A DNA stretch of 48,315 nt from an uncultured Clostridia bacterium (GTDB taxonomy: Bacteria > Bacillota > Clostridia > TANB77 > CAG-508): contig CANRBI010000004.1 in assembly GCA_947628775.1 (NCBI GenBank), positions 1 to 48,315 on the forward strand, in the 5' to 3' direction. A model generated the notes under the pieces. It did no database searches, was not told where the DNA came from, and saw only the letters and a program-made list of their open reading frames with translations. This document shows positions 18,755 through 28,943 of this stretch, in pieces; position 1 is the stretch's first letter, and every line of letters begins with the position of its first letter. A program made the translations under genes and the position numbers.

Positions 18755-19774
18755 TTAAAATTGTTTTAAAAATCTGATGTCGTTTTCAAATAGTAGCCTC
18801 ATGTCTTCTATTCCGAATTTTGCCATTGCTATTCTTTCTACTCCAAATCCGAATGCGAATCCTGAGTATTGTTTTGGGTCTATTCCGCAGTTTCTTAGTA
18901 CATTTGGGTGTACCATTCCACATCCTAATAGTTCTATCCATCCTTCTCCTTTACATACTTTGCAGCCTTTTCCTCCACATACGAAGCATGATACGTCTGC
19001 TTCTGCTGATGGTTCTGTGAATGGGAAGTGGTGTGGTCTGAATCTTATTTTTGTGTTTTCTCCTAGACATTTTTTTGCAAACATTTCTAGTGTTCCTTTT
19101 AGGTCTGTCATTGCTATGTTTTTGTCTATTACTAGTCCTTCTACTTGGTGGAATACTGGTGAGTGTGTTGCATCTATTGTGTCTGAACGATAGACTGTTC
19201 CTGGACATATTATTTTTATTGGTGGTTTTTGTGTTTCCATTACTCTTGCTTGTACTGGTGATGTTTGGCTTCTTAGGATTATTTCGTCTGTTATGTAGAA
19301 TGTGTCTTGAATGTCTCTTGATGGGTGGTCTTCTGGTGCGTTTAGTTGGTCAAAGTTGTAGAATGTTTTTTCTACTTCTGGTCCATCTGCTATTTGGTAT
19401 CCCATTCCTAGGAATATTTCTTCTACTTCTTTTATTGTTTGTGTTATTGGGTGTATTGATCCTAGTGTTGTTTTTTTGCTTGGTTCTGTTACATCTATGT
19501 TTTCTGTTTCTAGTCTTTTTTGTAGTTCTTTTTCTTGTAGTTCTTTTTCTTTTTTGGCGAATTCTTCTTCTAGTTTGTCTCTTAATTCATTTACTAGTTT
19601 TCCTATTGCTGGTCTTTCTTCTGGTTTTAGTTCTCCCATTCCTCTTAGGGCTTTTGTTAGCTCTCCTTTTTTTCCTGTGTATTTTACTTTTATTTCTGCT
19701 AGTTCTTTTTGGTCTTCTACTTTTTCTATTTCTTGTAGTGCTTGTTTTTGTATTTGTGCAATTTGGTCTTTCAT
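18755..19774 (-). CDS. pheS: Phenylalanine--tRNA ligase alpha subunit
   Basis: HPSRDIQDTFY, LRSQTSPVQ, FHQVEGL, FPFTEPS, GFAFGFGVER. Confidence 0.99.
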   Translation of the reverse strand: MKDQIAQIQKQALQEIEKVEDQKELAEIKVKYTGKKGELTKALRGMGELKPEERPAIGKLVNELRDKLEEEFAKKEKELQEKELQKRLETENIDVTEPSKKTTLGSIHPITQTIKEVEEIFLGMGYQIADGPEVEKTFYNFDQLNAPEDHPSRDIQDTFYITDEIILRSQTSPVQARVMETQKPPIKIICPGTVYRSDTIDATHSPVFHQVEGLVIDKNIAMTDLKGTLEMFAKKCLGENTKIRFRPHHFPFTEPSAEADVSCFVCGGKGCKVCKGEGWIELLGCGMVHPNVLRNCGIDPKQYSGFAFGFGVERIAMAKFGIEDMRLLFENDIRFLKQF

Positions 19775-19814
19775 GGTTTTTCCTCCTTTTATTTATGTTT
19801 TGGTTTGTTTTTTG

Positions 19815-20050
19815 GGTACAAAAAATCCATTTCGTCTTGTTATAAGGACGAAATGGATATATTCCGTGGTACCACCTAAATTCATTAGTTATAAACTAAT
19901 CTCGTTTGTTTGCTTTAACGGGCTACTCCGCTTCTTTCTAGTTTGGTTTTGACCTGTTCAAAAGAAGTCCTAAAAAGTGAAATTTTCGCTAAGTATTTTA
20001 ATGACTTCCAGCCTTGGTCATTTTCTCTGGTAAAATATTGCTCTTAACGC
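19815..20050 (-). promoter_or_regulatory. T-box riboswitch (Phe) leader of pheST
   Basis: AATTTAGGTGGTACCACGG T-box core (about 19864-19882), terminator ATCCATTTCGTC..GACGAAATGGAT plus U-run, probable UUC specifier near 19981-19979. Confidence 0.88.
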
Positions 20051-20075
20051 TTTTTTGCTTTTTATTTGGTTTTTA

Positions 20076-20489
20076 TTATAAACTTTTATATTCTCTTACT
20101 TTTTTATATGCATAGATTGATGAGATTCCAAATATTGTTATTAATACAATTATTGATGTTGAACTTCCTATACCTGTTTGTGGTAATGCTGTGTTTGATA
20201 CTGGTGTTGCATTGTTTGTTATTGCACTTGTGTTTAATGATGTATTTCTTGATGTATTAGTTGTTGATGTGTTAGTTCTAGCTGTGTTATTTCCTGCTGT
20301 ATTTCCTGTTGAGTTTCCACTAGATGTGTTTCCACTTGCTGTGTTGTTTCCTGTTGAGTTTACAATGCTTCCTAAGTCTCCTAAGTCATTGTAATTGCCA
20401 TCTGCTGCAAATACATCTACAGCTACTGATACTACCATTAATGCAATTGAAATCATTAATATTACTTTTACTAGTTTTGAATTTTTCAT
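20076..20489 (-). CDS. Small LPXTG sortase-anchored surface protein
   Basis: Signal peptide ending VFA, Asn/Thr/Ser/Gly low-complexity core, LPQTG, TM, basic tail. Confidence 0.85.
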   Translation of the reverse strand: MKNSKLVKVILMISIALMVVSVAVDVFAADGNYNDLGDLGSIVNSTGNNTASGNTSSGNSTGNTAGNNTARTNTSTTNTSRNTSLNTSAITNNATPVSNTALPQTGIGSSTSIIVLITIFGISSIYAYKKVREYKSL

Positions 20490-20709
20490 AATAAATTCTC
20501 TCCTTTTTTAATATGTTTTTTTCTTAGTATTCTACAAATATTTTTTATTATACCACACTTTAAAAATATTTGCAATAGTTATACACATTAATTTTTAACT
20601 TTTGTATATCTATTATTTATTTTATACTTTGTTTGTTTATATGTCAATAGTTTTTTTGTATTTTTTTGTATTTTTTTGTTATTGTCTTTTTTTGTTTATT
20701 TTTAGGGGT

Positions 20710-21810
20710 TTATTTGCTTACATTAAATTTAAATAATACTATATCTCCATCTTGCATTATGTATTCTTTTCCTTCTGAGCGTACTAGCCCTTTTTCTTTT
20801 GCTGATACTATTGATCCTTCTTTTATTAAGTCATTATATGATATTACTTCTGCTTTTATGAATCCTCTTTGTATGTCTGTATGTATTTTTCCTGCAGCTT
20901 CTGGGGCTTTTGTTCCTTTTTTGATTGTCCATGCTCTTACTTCTGGTTCTCCTGCTGTTAGGAATGACATTAGTCCTAGTAAATCATAACTTTTTTTGAT
21001 TACTTTGTCTAAGCCTGATTCCTCTAAGTTGTACATTGCTAACATTTCTTTTTTGTCTTCTTCTTCTAATCCTGATAGTTCTTCTTCCATTTTTACACAT
21101 AGTGGTATTACTTCTGCTCCTTCTTGTTTTGCGTATTCTTTTACTTGTTTGATTTTTGGATCAGTTTCTGCTTTTTCTAGTTGTTCTTCTGATATGTTTG
21201 CTATGTATAGTATTGGTTTTGTTGTTAGTAAAAACATTTCTTTTACTATTTTTTGTTCTTCTTCGTCTTCAAATTGTAGTGTTCTTACAGATTTTCCTTG
21301 TTCTAGTGTTTGTAATATTTTTTCGAGTAGGTCTATTTCTTGTTGGTATCTTTTGTCTGCTTTTAGATTTTTTTTTGCTTTTTCTAACCTTTTGTTTACT
21401 GTTTCAATATCTGCAAATATTAATTCTAAGTTTATTGTTTCAATATCTCTTATTGGTTCTATTTGTCCGTCTACATGGACTATGTTGTCATTTTCGAAAC
21501 ATCTTACTACTTCTACTATTGCGTCTGTTTCTCTTATGTGTGATAGAAATTTGTTGCCTAGTCCTTCTCCTTTGCTTGCTCCTTTTACTAGTCCTGCTAT
21601 GTCTACAAATTCTATTATTGCATGCGTGGTTTTTTGTGGTTTATATATTTCGGTTAGTTTGTCTAGCCTTTCGTCTGGTACTGCTACTACTCCTACATTT
21701 GGTTCTATTGTGCAAAATGGGTAGTTTGCACATTCTGCTCCTGCTTTTGTTATGCTGTTAAATAATGTGCTTTTGCCTACATTTGGTAATCCTACTATTC
21801 CTAGTTTCAT
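20710..21810 (-). CDS. ychF: Redox-regulated ATPase YchF
   Basis: GIVGLPNVGKSTLFN, NYPFCTIEPN, DIAGLVKGASKGEGLGNKFL, TGS tail. Confidence 0.98.
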   Translation of the reverse strand: MKLGIVGLPNVGKSTLFNSITKAGAECANYPFCTIEPNVGVVAVPDERLDKLTEIYKPQKTTHAIIEFVDIAGLVKGASKGEGLGNKFLSHIRETDAIVEVVRCFENDNIVHVDGQIEPIRDIETINLELIFADIETVNKRLEKAKKNLKADKRYQQEIDLLEKILQTLEQGKSVRTLQFEDEEEQKIVKEMFLLTTKPILYIANISEEQLEKAETDPKIKQVKEYAKQEGAEVIPLCVKMEEELSGLEEEDKKEMLAMYNLEESGLDKVIKKSYDLLGLMSFLTAGEPEVRAWTIKKGTKAPEAAGKIHTDIQRGFIKAEVISYNDLIKEGSIVSAKEKGLVRSEGKEYIMQDGDIVLFKFNVSK

Positions 21811-21866
21811 TTTTTGCTTTCCTTGTTTTTATATTTAGGTTTTTATGGGTGCCTATAAACCTTTGC

Positions 21867-23789
21867 TTAGTTAAATTTTATTTCTTTTTGTATTTTTGTT
21901 ATAAATTCGTCTAGTGTTGTTGTTCCTAGGTCTCCTTCGCTTCTTGATCTTAGTGATATTGTTGATGTTTGTTCTTCTTTGTCTCCTACTACTATCATGT
22001 ATGGTACTTTTTCTAGTTGTGTTTTTCTTATTTTGTATCCTATTTTTTCGTTTGATTTGTCTAGTTGGACTCTTATTCCTTTTTGTAGTAGTTTTTCATT
22101 TATTTCGTTTGCATAGTTTAGGTGTTTTTCACTTATTGGTAATATTTTTGTTTGTATTGGTGCAAGCCATGTTGGGAATGCTCCTTTGTATTCTTCTATT
22201 AGGAAACAGATGAATCTATCTAGTGTTCCTAAAATTGCTCTGTGAATTACTACTGGTCTATGTGCTTTTCCGTCTTCTCCTATGTATTCTAGTTCGAATT
22301 TTTCTGGTAATAGGAAGTCTAGTTGACATGTTGATACTGTTACGTCATGTCCTATTGCTGATTTTAGTTGTACATCTAGTTTTGGTCCATAAAATGCTGC
22401 TTCTCCTTCTGCTTCGTAAAAATCTACTCCTAGTTCTATTAAAATTTCTCTTAATTGACTTTCTGCTTTTTCCCACATTTCGTCATCGTCAAAGTATTTT
22501 TCTTTGTCGTTTTTGTCTCTTAGTGATAGTCTGAATTCGTAGTCTGTAAAATTGAAGTCTTTGTATACTTCTAATATTAGTTTTACTACTTTTCCGAATT
22601 CTTCTTTTATTTGTTCTGGTGTTACAAATAGGTGGGCATCATTCATACACATTGCTCGTACTCTTTCTAGTCCACATACACTTCCACTGTTTTCGTATCT
22701 GAAGTCATGTGCTAGTTCTCCTATTCTAATTGGTAGGTCTTTGTATGAATGCATTTTGTTTTTGTATATTAACATGTGGTGTGGACAGTTCATTGGTCTT
22801 AGTACCATTTCTTCATTGTCTAGTTTCATTATTGGGAACATGTCTTCACTGTAGTGGTCCCAGTGTCCTGATACTTTGTATAGTTCTGAGTTTGCTAGTG
22901 ATGGTGTGTATACGTGTTCATATCCTAGTTGTAGTTCTTTGTCTTGTATGTATCTTTCTAGGATTCTTCTTATTGTTGCTCCATTTGGTAGGTACATTGG
23001 TAGTCCTGATCCTACTAGTTTGTGTGTCATGAATATTTCTTGTTCTTTACCTATTTTTCTGTGGTCTCTTTGTTTTATTTCTTCTTGTAGGTCTAGGTAT
23101 TCTTGTAAGTCACTTGCTTTTGGGAATGATATTGCATATATTCTTTGTAGCATTTTGTTTTTTTCGTTTCCTCTCCAGTATGCTCCTGATGATGTTAGTA
23201 TTTTTATTGTTTTCACTTTTCCTGTGCTTTGTAGGTGTGGTCCTGCACATAGGTCTGTGAATTCTCCTTGTTTGTAGAAACTGATTTCTTCTCCTTCTGG
23301 TAGGTCATTTATTAGTTCTTGTTTGTATGGTTCGTTTTTCATTAATTCTAGTGCTTCTTTTTTTGGTAGACTGAATCTTTCTATTTTTAGATCTTCTTTT
23401 ATTATTTTTTTCATTTCTTCTTCTATTTTTGCTTTGTCTTCGTCTGTGAATGGTTTTTCGATGTCAAAGTCATAGTATAGTCCTTCGTCAATACTTGGCC
23501 CTATTGCTAGTTTTACGTTTGGGAATATTCTTTTTACTGCTTGTGCCATTATGTGTGATGTTGTGTGCCAGTATGCTTTTTTTCCTTCTAAATCTTCTTT
23601 TGAGAATGTGTGTATTGTTAGATTACAGTCTTCTTCTATTTTATATCTTATGTCTTTTATTTCGTTGTTTATTTCTCCACAGGTTGCATTTCTTGCTAGT
23701 CCTTCACTTATTTTTTGGGCTACTTCTAGTATTGTTGTTCCTTTTTCTGTTTGCATTTTTGAACCATCTTTTAATGTAATATTTATCAT
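21867..23789 (-). CDS. thrS: Threonine--tRNA ligase
   Basis: HTTSHIMAQA, DLCAGPH, RDHRKIG, RPMNCPHH, GEAAFYGPKLD. Confidence 0.99.
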   Translation of the reverse strand: MINITLKDGSKMQTEKGTTILEVAQKISEGLARNATCGEINNEIKDIRYKIEEDCNLTIHTFSKEDLEGKKAYWHTTSHIMAQAVKRIFPNVKLAIGPSIDEGLYYDFDIEKPFTDEDKAKIEEEMKKIIKEDLKIERFSLPKKEALELMKNEPYKQELINDLPEGEEISFYKQGEFTDLCAGPHLQSTGKVKTIKILTSSGAYWRGNEKNKMLQRIYAISFPKASDLQEYLDLQEEIKQRDHRKIGKEQEIFMTHKLVGSGLPMYLPNGATIRRILERYIQDKELQLGYEHVYTPSLANSELYKVSGHWDHYSEDMFPIMKLDNEEMVLRPMNCPHHMLIYKNKMHSYKDLPIRIGELAHDFRYENSGSVCGLERVRAMCMNDAHLFVTPEQIKEEFGKVVKLILEVYKDFNFTDYEFRLSLRDKNDKEKYFDDDEMWEKAESQLREILIELGVDFYEAEGEAAFYGPKLDVQLKSAIGHDVTVSTCQLDFLLPEKFELEYIGEDGKAHRPVVIHRAILGTLDRFICFLIEEYKGAFPTWLAPIQTKILPISEKHLNYANEINEKLLQKGIRVQLDKSNEKIGYKIRKTQLEKVPYMIVVGDKEEQTSTISLRSRSEGDLGTTTLDEFITKIQKEIKFN

Positions 23790-23912
23790 TGTTTTTTCTC
23801 CCCTTTCGTGTGCTTTGTTTTGCTGATATTTTATTATTTTTTTTGGAAAAAGTCAATAGAAATACTTTACAATTTGTTTTTTTTCGTATATAATAGCGTG
23901 TAGATTTTATTT

Positions 23913-23988
23913 GCCTTTATAGCTCAGTTGGTAGAGTGCAGCCTTGGTAAGGCTGAGGTCACGGGTTCAATTCCCGTTAAAGGCCCCA
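23913..23988 (+). tRNA. tRNA-Thr (GGT)
   Basis: GCCTTTA/TAAAGGC acceptor stem, CAGCC-TTGGTAA-GGCTG anticodon arm, GGTTCAATTCC, CCA end. Confidence 0.96.
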
Positions 23989-23992
23989 AGGG

Positions 23993-24030
23993 AAAAGCAG
24001 TGATTTTAATAAGTTTCACTGCTTTTTTCA
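23993..24030 (+). terminator. Terminator after tRNA-Thr
   Basis: AAAAGCAGTGA...TCACTGCTTTTTT. Confidence 0.7.
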
Positions 24031-24169
24031 TTTTTAAAATATTGTTCATTTTGTTCTTTTTTCCCATTTTTCCTTACGAAATGTTGTCAAAATGTTGTCA
24101 ACATAAAAAAAGTAGGCAAACTTGATTGTGTTGGGTTTGCTTACTTTTTTTTAGGAAAATGTGTATATT

Positions 24170-24844
24170 TTATTGGATTTTGTTGTCTTGTTTTTTGAAT
24201 GTTCCGTCTGGTTGGGACATTTTGTTTGCTTTTTTGCGGATTCTTTGTATTGCGTTGTCTATTGATTTTACTGGTGCTTCTACTTTTTGTGCTATTACTT
24301 CGTAGCTTTCTCCTTTTATTAGTCTGTCTAGGACTTGTTTTTCAAATTTACTTAGTGAACTGTTTATTCCGTTTTGTATTTCTTTGTAGTATTCTTTTTT
24401 CATCATTGTTTCTAGTGGGTCTTCTATTGCTTTGTTTTCATAGGTTTCGATTAGTTCGATACTGTCTTCTTCGTTTGTGTATGCGGCTGTATTTAGTGAT
24501 ATGCATGAGTTTAATAGCATATGTTTTTGTCTGTTTGATGTTTTTATTGCTGTTATTAGCTGTCTTTCTATACATATGTTTGCAAATGTTTTGAATGTGT
24601 TTTGTTTTGTTTTGTCATAGTTTTTTATTGCTTTGTATAATCCTATCATTCCTTCTTGTATAAGGTCTTCTTTTTCTGCTCCTATTATATAATACTTGCT
24701 TACTTTGTTTTTTACTAGTGTTTTGTATTTTTTTAATAGGTATGTTAGTGCTTGCTCATTTCCTTGTTTTATTTCATTTACTATTTCTTCATCTGTTGTA
24801 TTTTGATATGGGTCTGTTGAGTAATATATGTTTTGATTTTGCAT
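24170..24844 (-). CDS. sigH: RNA polymerase sigma-H factor
   Basis: YYIIGAEKEDLIQEGMIGLYKAI, FANICIERQLITAIKTSNRQKH, KSIDNAIQRIRKK. Confidence 0.93.
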   Translation of the reverse strand: MQNQNIYYSTDPYQNTTDEEIVNEIKQGNEQALTYLLKKYKTLVKNKVSKYYIIGAEKEDLIQEGMIGLYKAIKNYDKTKQNTFKTFANICIERQLITAIKTSNRQKHMLLNSCISLNTAAYTNEEDSIELIETYENKAIEDPLETMMKKEYYKEIQNGINSSLSKFEKQVLDRLIKGESYEVIAQKVEAPVKSIDNAIQRIRKKANKMSQPDGTFKKQDNKIQ

Positions 24845-24929
24845 ATGTCTTAAATACCTCCAAATGTGTTCATGCTTTTATTATATATTTGTAATCTTTT
24901 TATGTCAAGGGATTTTTGTTTTTTTGTTT

Positions 24930-26627
24930 TTATTTTAATGCTTTTTTGAATATTTCCCATACTGCGTCTGTTTCCATTCCTTTTTGCCAAGCGGCTACTC
25001 CTCCTAATTTATATTCTGTTATTAGGCTTGCTTTTTCTTGTAGGGATTTTTCGTCTTCTATCCACATTTTCTTTGTGTCATTTCCTTCTTTGTATTCTAC
25101 ATAGTTTTGTTTTAGGTCTTCATCCCATTTTCTTTCTGCTGTTTCTGGTATTGTGCTGTCTATGTCTTTCATTGATACTATTTCTTTTTTGGTTATTTTT
25201 CCGCTTTCGTCTTGTGTCCATAGTCTTGTGTAGAATGGTACTGCTAATATTATTTTTTCTGGTTCTATTTCTTCTGTTTTTACAAATTTTTCTATTCCTA
25301 ATTTTACCCAGTTATATCCTGCTGTTGTTCCTGGTTCTGTGCTTGAATCACTGTATTCGTCATATGCCATGAATATGATGTAGTCTGCTACGTCCCCTAT
25401 TACATGTCTGTCAAAACATAGTGACCATGTGTCACTTCCGTCTGGTGCTGTAACATCTACTGATAGTACTAGTCCTAGTTCTTGCATTCTTGGTTCTAGT
25501 TCTATTATGAATCTTGAGTATAGGTCTTTGTCTTCTTTTCTCATGTTTTCAAAGTCTAGGTTTATTCCGTCTAATTTGTATTTTATACATACATTTATTA
25601 TTGATTCTATTAACTGTTTTCTTTTTTGATAGCTGTTCATTACTCTTGAGGTTACACTCATCATTCCGTCTCCTGAATTTTGTAGCATTGGCCATATTTT
25701 ACAATTGTTTTCTCTTGCCCAGTCCATGTATGTTTGTCCTCTTGTTCCTATATTTTCTACTAGTTCTCCGTTTTCATTTATGTTGAAAAATGATGGTGAT
25801 ACTACATTTACTCCGTCTATTGTTGTTCCTGTTCTGTCTGGTGCTGTTGCTACTTGTGAGTAGTAATCCCATATTAGGTTTACTTTTCCTTCTATTTGTT
25901 TTTCTTCTTGCATGTCTTCTCTTACTGTTACTTTGTTTGTTACTTTTGAGCTTTTTATATATCCTATTTTTCCGTTTTCTGTTCGTACTTTACTATATCT
26001 ATTATTTTCTGATATTATGTATATTACTTGTCCTTTTTTTACTCTGTCTATTGTTTTACTTATGAATTTTGTTGATGATTTGACTGATACATTTGAACTT
26101 ACTACTGCTTTTTCTTGTTTTTTTGATAGTGAGTCTATTATTACTACTTTTGGTTCTTCTTTGTAGCTTACTTCTATGTCATATACTTCTTTTAGTTCTT
26201 CTATTGGCAGGTATGTTATGTCGTTTTGTTTTATTGCGTGTGTGTATGTTGTTTTGTCTGAACCGTTTATGTTTATTGTGTTGGTGTCATATCCTATTTC
26301 TGCTATTTTTTTATTATATGTTGTTATTATTTGGTTGTTTTCTGTGTCTTCATATATATATTTGTCAAAGAAGTTGCCTAGATCTTCTTTTGATATATAT
26401 ACTTCTCCTTCTTGAATTAGTATTCCTGTTTTTAGGTTTTCTGTTACGTTTCTGTTGTTTATTACTAGGTTTATTGTTTTGTTTTTTCCAACTATTATGT
26501 AGTTATTTGCTATTAGTCCTATTATTAATAGTAATATTATTGCAATTATTGTGCTTAGTATGATTGTGTTTCTTTTTTTCTTTTTTCCTTTTTCTAATAC
26601 GTTTTGTGGTTCTTTTGTTTTTTTCAT
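24930..26627 (-). CDS. GH18 glycoside hydrolase with N-terminal TM, stalk and SH3-like domains (YaaH/YdhD-like)
   Basis: DGINLDFE catalytic motif, MAYDE, PFYTRLW, WIEDEKSL, GVAAW. Confidence 0.85.
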   Translation of the reverse strand: MKKTKEPQNVLEKGKKKKRNTIILSTIIAIILLLIIGLIANNYIIVGKNKTINLVINNRNVTENLKTGILIQEGEVYISKEDLGNFFDKYIYEDTENNQIITTYNKKIAEIGYDTNTININGSDKTTYTHAIKQNDITYLPIEELKEVYDIEVSYKEEPKVVIIDSLSKKQEKAVVSSNVSVKSSTKFISKTIDRVKKGQVIYIISENNRYSKVRTENGKIGYIKSSKVTNKVTVREDMQEEKQIEGKVNLIWDYYSQVATAPDRTGTTIDGVNVVSPSFFNINENGELVENIGTRGQTYMDWARENNCKIWPMLQNSGDGMMSVTSRVMNSYQKRKQLIESIINVCIKYKLDGINLDFENMRKEDKDLYSRFIIELEPRMQELGLVLSVDVTAPDGSDTWSLCFDRHVIGDVADYIIFMAYDEYSDSSTEPGTTAGYNWVKLGIEKFVKTEEIEPEKIILAVPFYTRLWTQDESGKITKKEIVSMKDIDSTIPETAERKWDEDLKQNYVEYKEGNDTKKMWIEDEKSLQEKASLITEYKLGGVAAWQKGMETDAVWEIFKKALK

Positions 26628-26709
26628 TTTTTATTTCCACCCTTCTTGTGTTTTTTCTTTATTACTATATCATAAATTTTTATTTTAGCAAATACTTTTT
26701 TTATTTTTT

Positions 26710-28833
26710 TTATTTTAATATTCTTATTGTGTTTAGAATTGTTATTAGTGTTGTTCCTACATCTGCAAATACTGCTTGCCACATGTCTGTTATTCCATAT
26801 ATGCTTAGTATCATTGTTAGTATTTTTATTCCTATTGAAAATATTAGGTTTTGTTTTATTATTTGGTTTGTTCTTTTTGATATTTGTATTGCTTCTATTA
26901 TTTTTGATAGTTCGTCTGTCATTATTACTATGTCTGATGCTTCTATTGCTGAGCTTTGGCCTATTCCTCCCATTGATATTCCGATATCTGCTCGTGCTAA
27001 TACAGGACTGTCATTTATTCCGTCTCCTACATATGCTATTTTTTCGTTTGATGGTTTTTGGTTTAGCTGGTTTTCAAGTTCTTTGTATTTGTCTTGTGGT
27101 AACATTTGTGATTTTGTTTCTTGTATTCCTATTTCGTTTGCTATTTTTTCTGCTATTTGTTTTTTGTCTCCTGTGTACATTTTTGTTTTTATTCCTTGTT
27201 GTTTTAGTTTTTCTATTGTTTCTTTTGCTTTTGGTTTTATTTCATCTTCTAGTGTTATTTCTCCTATTGTTTCGTCATTTATTTTTAGGTATATTTTTGT
27301 GTTTGTTTCTTCTTTTTGTTGTATTCCTGCAAATTCTTGATTTCCTATTTTTATTTGTTTTCCTTCTATTTCATATGTTATTCCTTTTCCTGGTATTTCT
27401 TTTAGGTTTTGTATGTTTTTTGTGTTTAGGTCTTTTTTGTTTTCTATTTTGCTTATTATTGCTTTTGCTATTGGATGGTTTGAGTAACTTTCTCCTAGTG
27501 CAAAGTATTTTAGTATTTCTTCTTTTGTGTATTTTTCATTTATTTGTGTTATGTTTGATATTTGGAAGTTTCCTGTTGTTAGTGTTCCTGTTTTGTCAAA
27601 TATTATTTGTTTTATGTCTTTTATGTTGTCTAGGTAGTCACTTCCTTTTATTAGTATTCCTTTTTTTGAGGCTTTTCCTATTCCAGTAAAATAGCTTAGT
27701 GGTACTGATATTGCTATTGAACATGGACATGAGATTACTAGGAATATTAGTGCTTTGTATATGCTTTCACTATATGTTGTTTTTGTTATTATTGGCATTA
27801 ATATTGCTACTAGTATGGCTAGTGCTATTACTATTGGTGTGTATATTTTTGCTGCTTTTGCGACAAAGTTTTCTGTTTTTGCTTTTTTGTCTGTTGCGTT
27901 TTCTACTAAGTTTAGTATTTGGTTTACTGTGCTGTTTTCGTATGTTTTTTCTACTTGTACTTCGATTAGTCCTTGTATGTTTATTCCTCCTGATAGTACT
28001 TGTGAGTTTTCTTGTACTTGTATTGGTATGCTTTCTCCTGTTAGTGCTTGATTGTTTATTTGGGCTTTTCCTTTTATTATTTTTCCGTCTAGTGGTATTT
28101 TTTCTCCAGTTTTTATTATTATTATGTCTCCTATTTTTATTTCTTCTGGATTTACTTGTTTTGTTCCGTTTTCTGTTTTTAGGTTTGCATATTCTGGTTT
28201 TATATCCATTAGTTCTGTTATTGATTTTCGGGTTTTGCTTACTGCTTTTGCTTCTAGTATTTTTCCTATTTCATATAGAGTTATTACCATTATTCCTTCT
28301 GTTTGTTTGTTTACTATACATGCTCCTATTACTGATATTGTTATTAATATGTTTTCGTCTAGTACATGGTTTTTTATTAGTTGTTTGTATGCTTTTGGGA
28401 TAATTTTGATTAGTAGTATTAATAGTGATAGTATTAGTAGTATTATTTGTATGGTTTGTGTTTGGGTTTGATTTATGTTTAGTGTTTGCTGTATGAATGT
28501 GTTTTGTGTTGATATGTAGTATATTAGTATTCCTATTATTATTCGTAGTATGTCTGTATTTGCTCTTTCTGTTTTTTGTTCTGTTGGTGTTTTTGCTCCT
28601 TCTATTGTTGCTGTTACGTCTGGTTCTACTTTTTGTATTAGTTTATTGATTTCTTTTGTTGTTTCGTTTGGGTTTGTTTCTTGTTCTGTTTGAAATGTTA
28701 GTTTTGAGGTTGAAAAGTTTACTACTACTTTTTGGTATTTTGGTGTTTGTTTTATTTTGTCTTCTACTTTTTGTGCACATGCTGCACAGTCTAGTCCGTT
28801 TAATTGATATTTATAGTTCTTCAATGTGCTCAC
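26710..28833 (-). CDS. Heavy-metal P1B-type ATPase (CadA/ZntA-like)
   Basis: GLDCAAC HMA domain, TGES, CPC, DKTGT, HP, GDGINDSP. Confidence 0.95.
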   Translation of the reverse strand: MSTLKNYKYQLNGLDCAACAQKVEDKIKQTPKYQKVVVNFSTSKLTFQTEQETNPNETTKEINKLIQKVEPDVTATIEGAKTPTEQKTERANTDILRIIIGILIYYISTQNTFIQQTLNINQTQTQTIQIILLILSLLILLIKIIPKAYKQLIKNHVLDENILITISVIGACIVNKQTEGIMVITLYEIGKILEAKAVSKTRKSITELMDIKPEYANLKTENGTKQVNPEEIKIGDIIIIKTGEKIPLDGKIIKGKAQINNQALTGESIPIQVQENSQVLSGGINIQGLIEVQVEKTYENSTVNQILNLVENATDKKAKTENFVAKAAKIYTPIVIALAILVAILMPIITKTTYSESIYKALIFLVISCPCSIAISVPLSYFTGIGKASKKGILIKGSDYLDNIKDIKQIIFDKTGTLTTGNFQISNITQINEKYTKEEILKYFALGESYSNHPIAKAIISKIENKKDLNTKNIQNLKEIPGKGITYEIEGKQIKIGNQEFAGIQQKEETNTKIYLKINDETIGEITLEDEIKPKAKETIEKLKQQGIKTKMYTGDKKQIAEKIANEIGIQETKSQMLPQDKYKELENQLNQKPSNEKIAYVGDGINDSPVLARADIGISMGGIGQSSAIEASDIVIMTDELSKIIEAIQISKRTNQIIKQNLIFSIGIKILTMILSIYGITDMWQAVFADVGTTLITILNTIRILK

Positions 28834-28943
28834 GACCTTTCTTTACTATTGGTGATATGTTATGTCTTTTTTTGTTTTTTGTCAATAGTTTTTAATAGAA
28901 ATAAGGTGGACATTTGGGGATGTTCACCTTGGTTTTTGTGTAT

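Noticed and set aside
23928-24125. 65-aa ORF
   Set aside because: Overlaps tRNA-Thr and its terminator.
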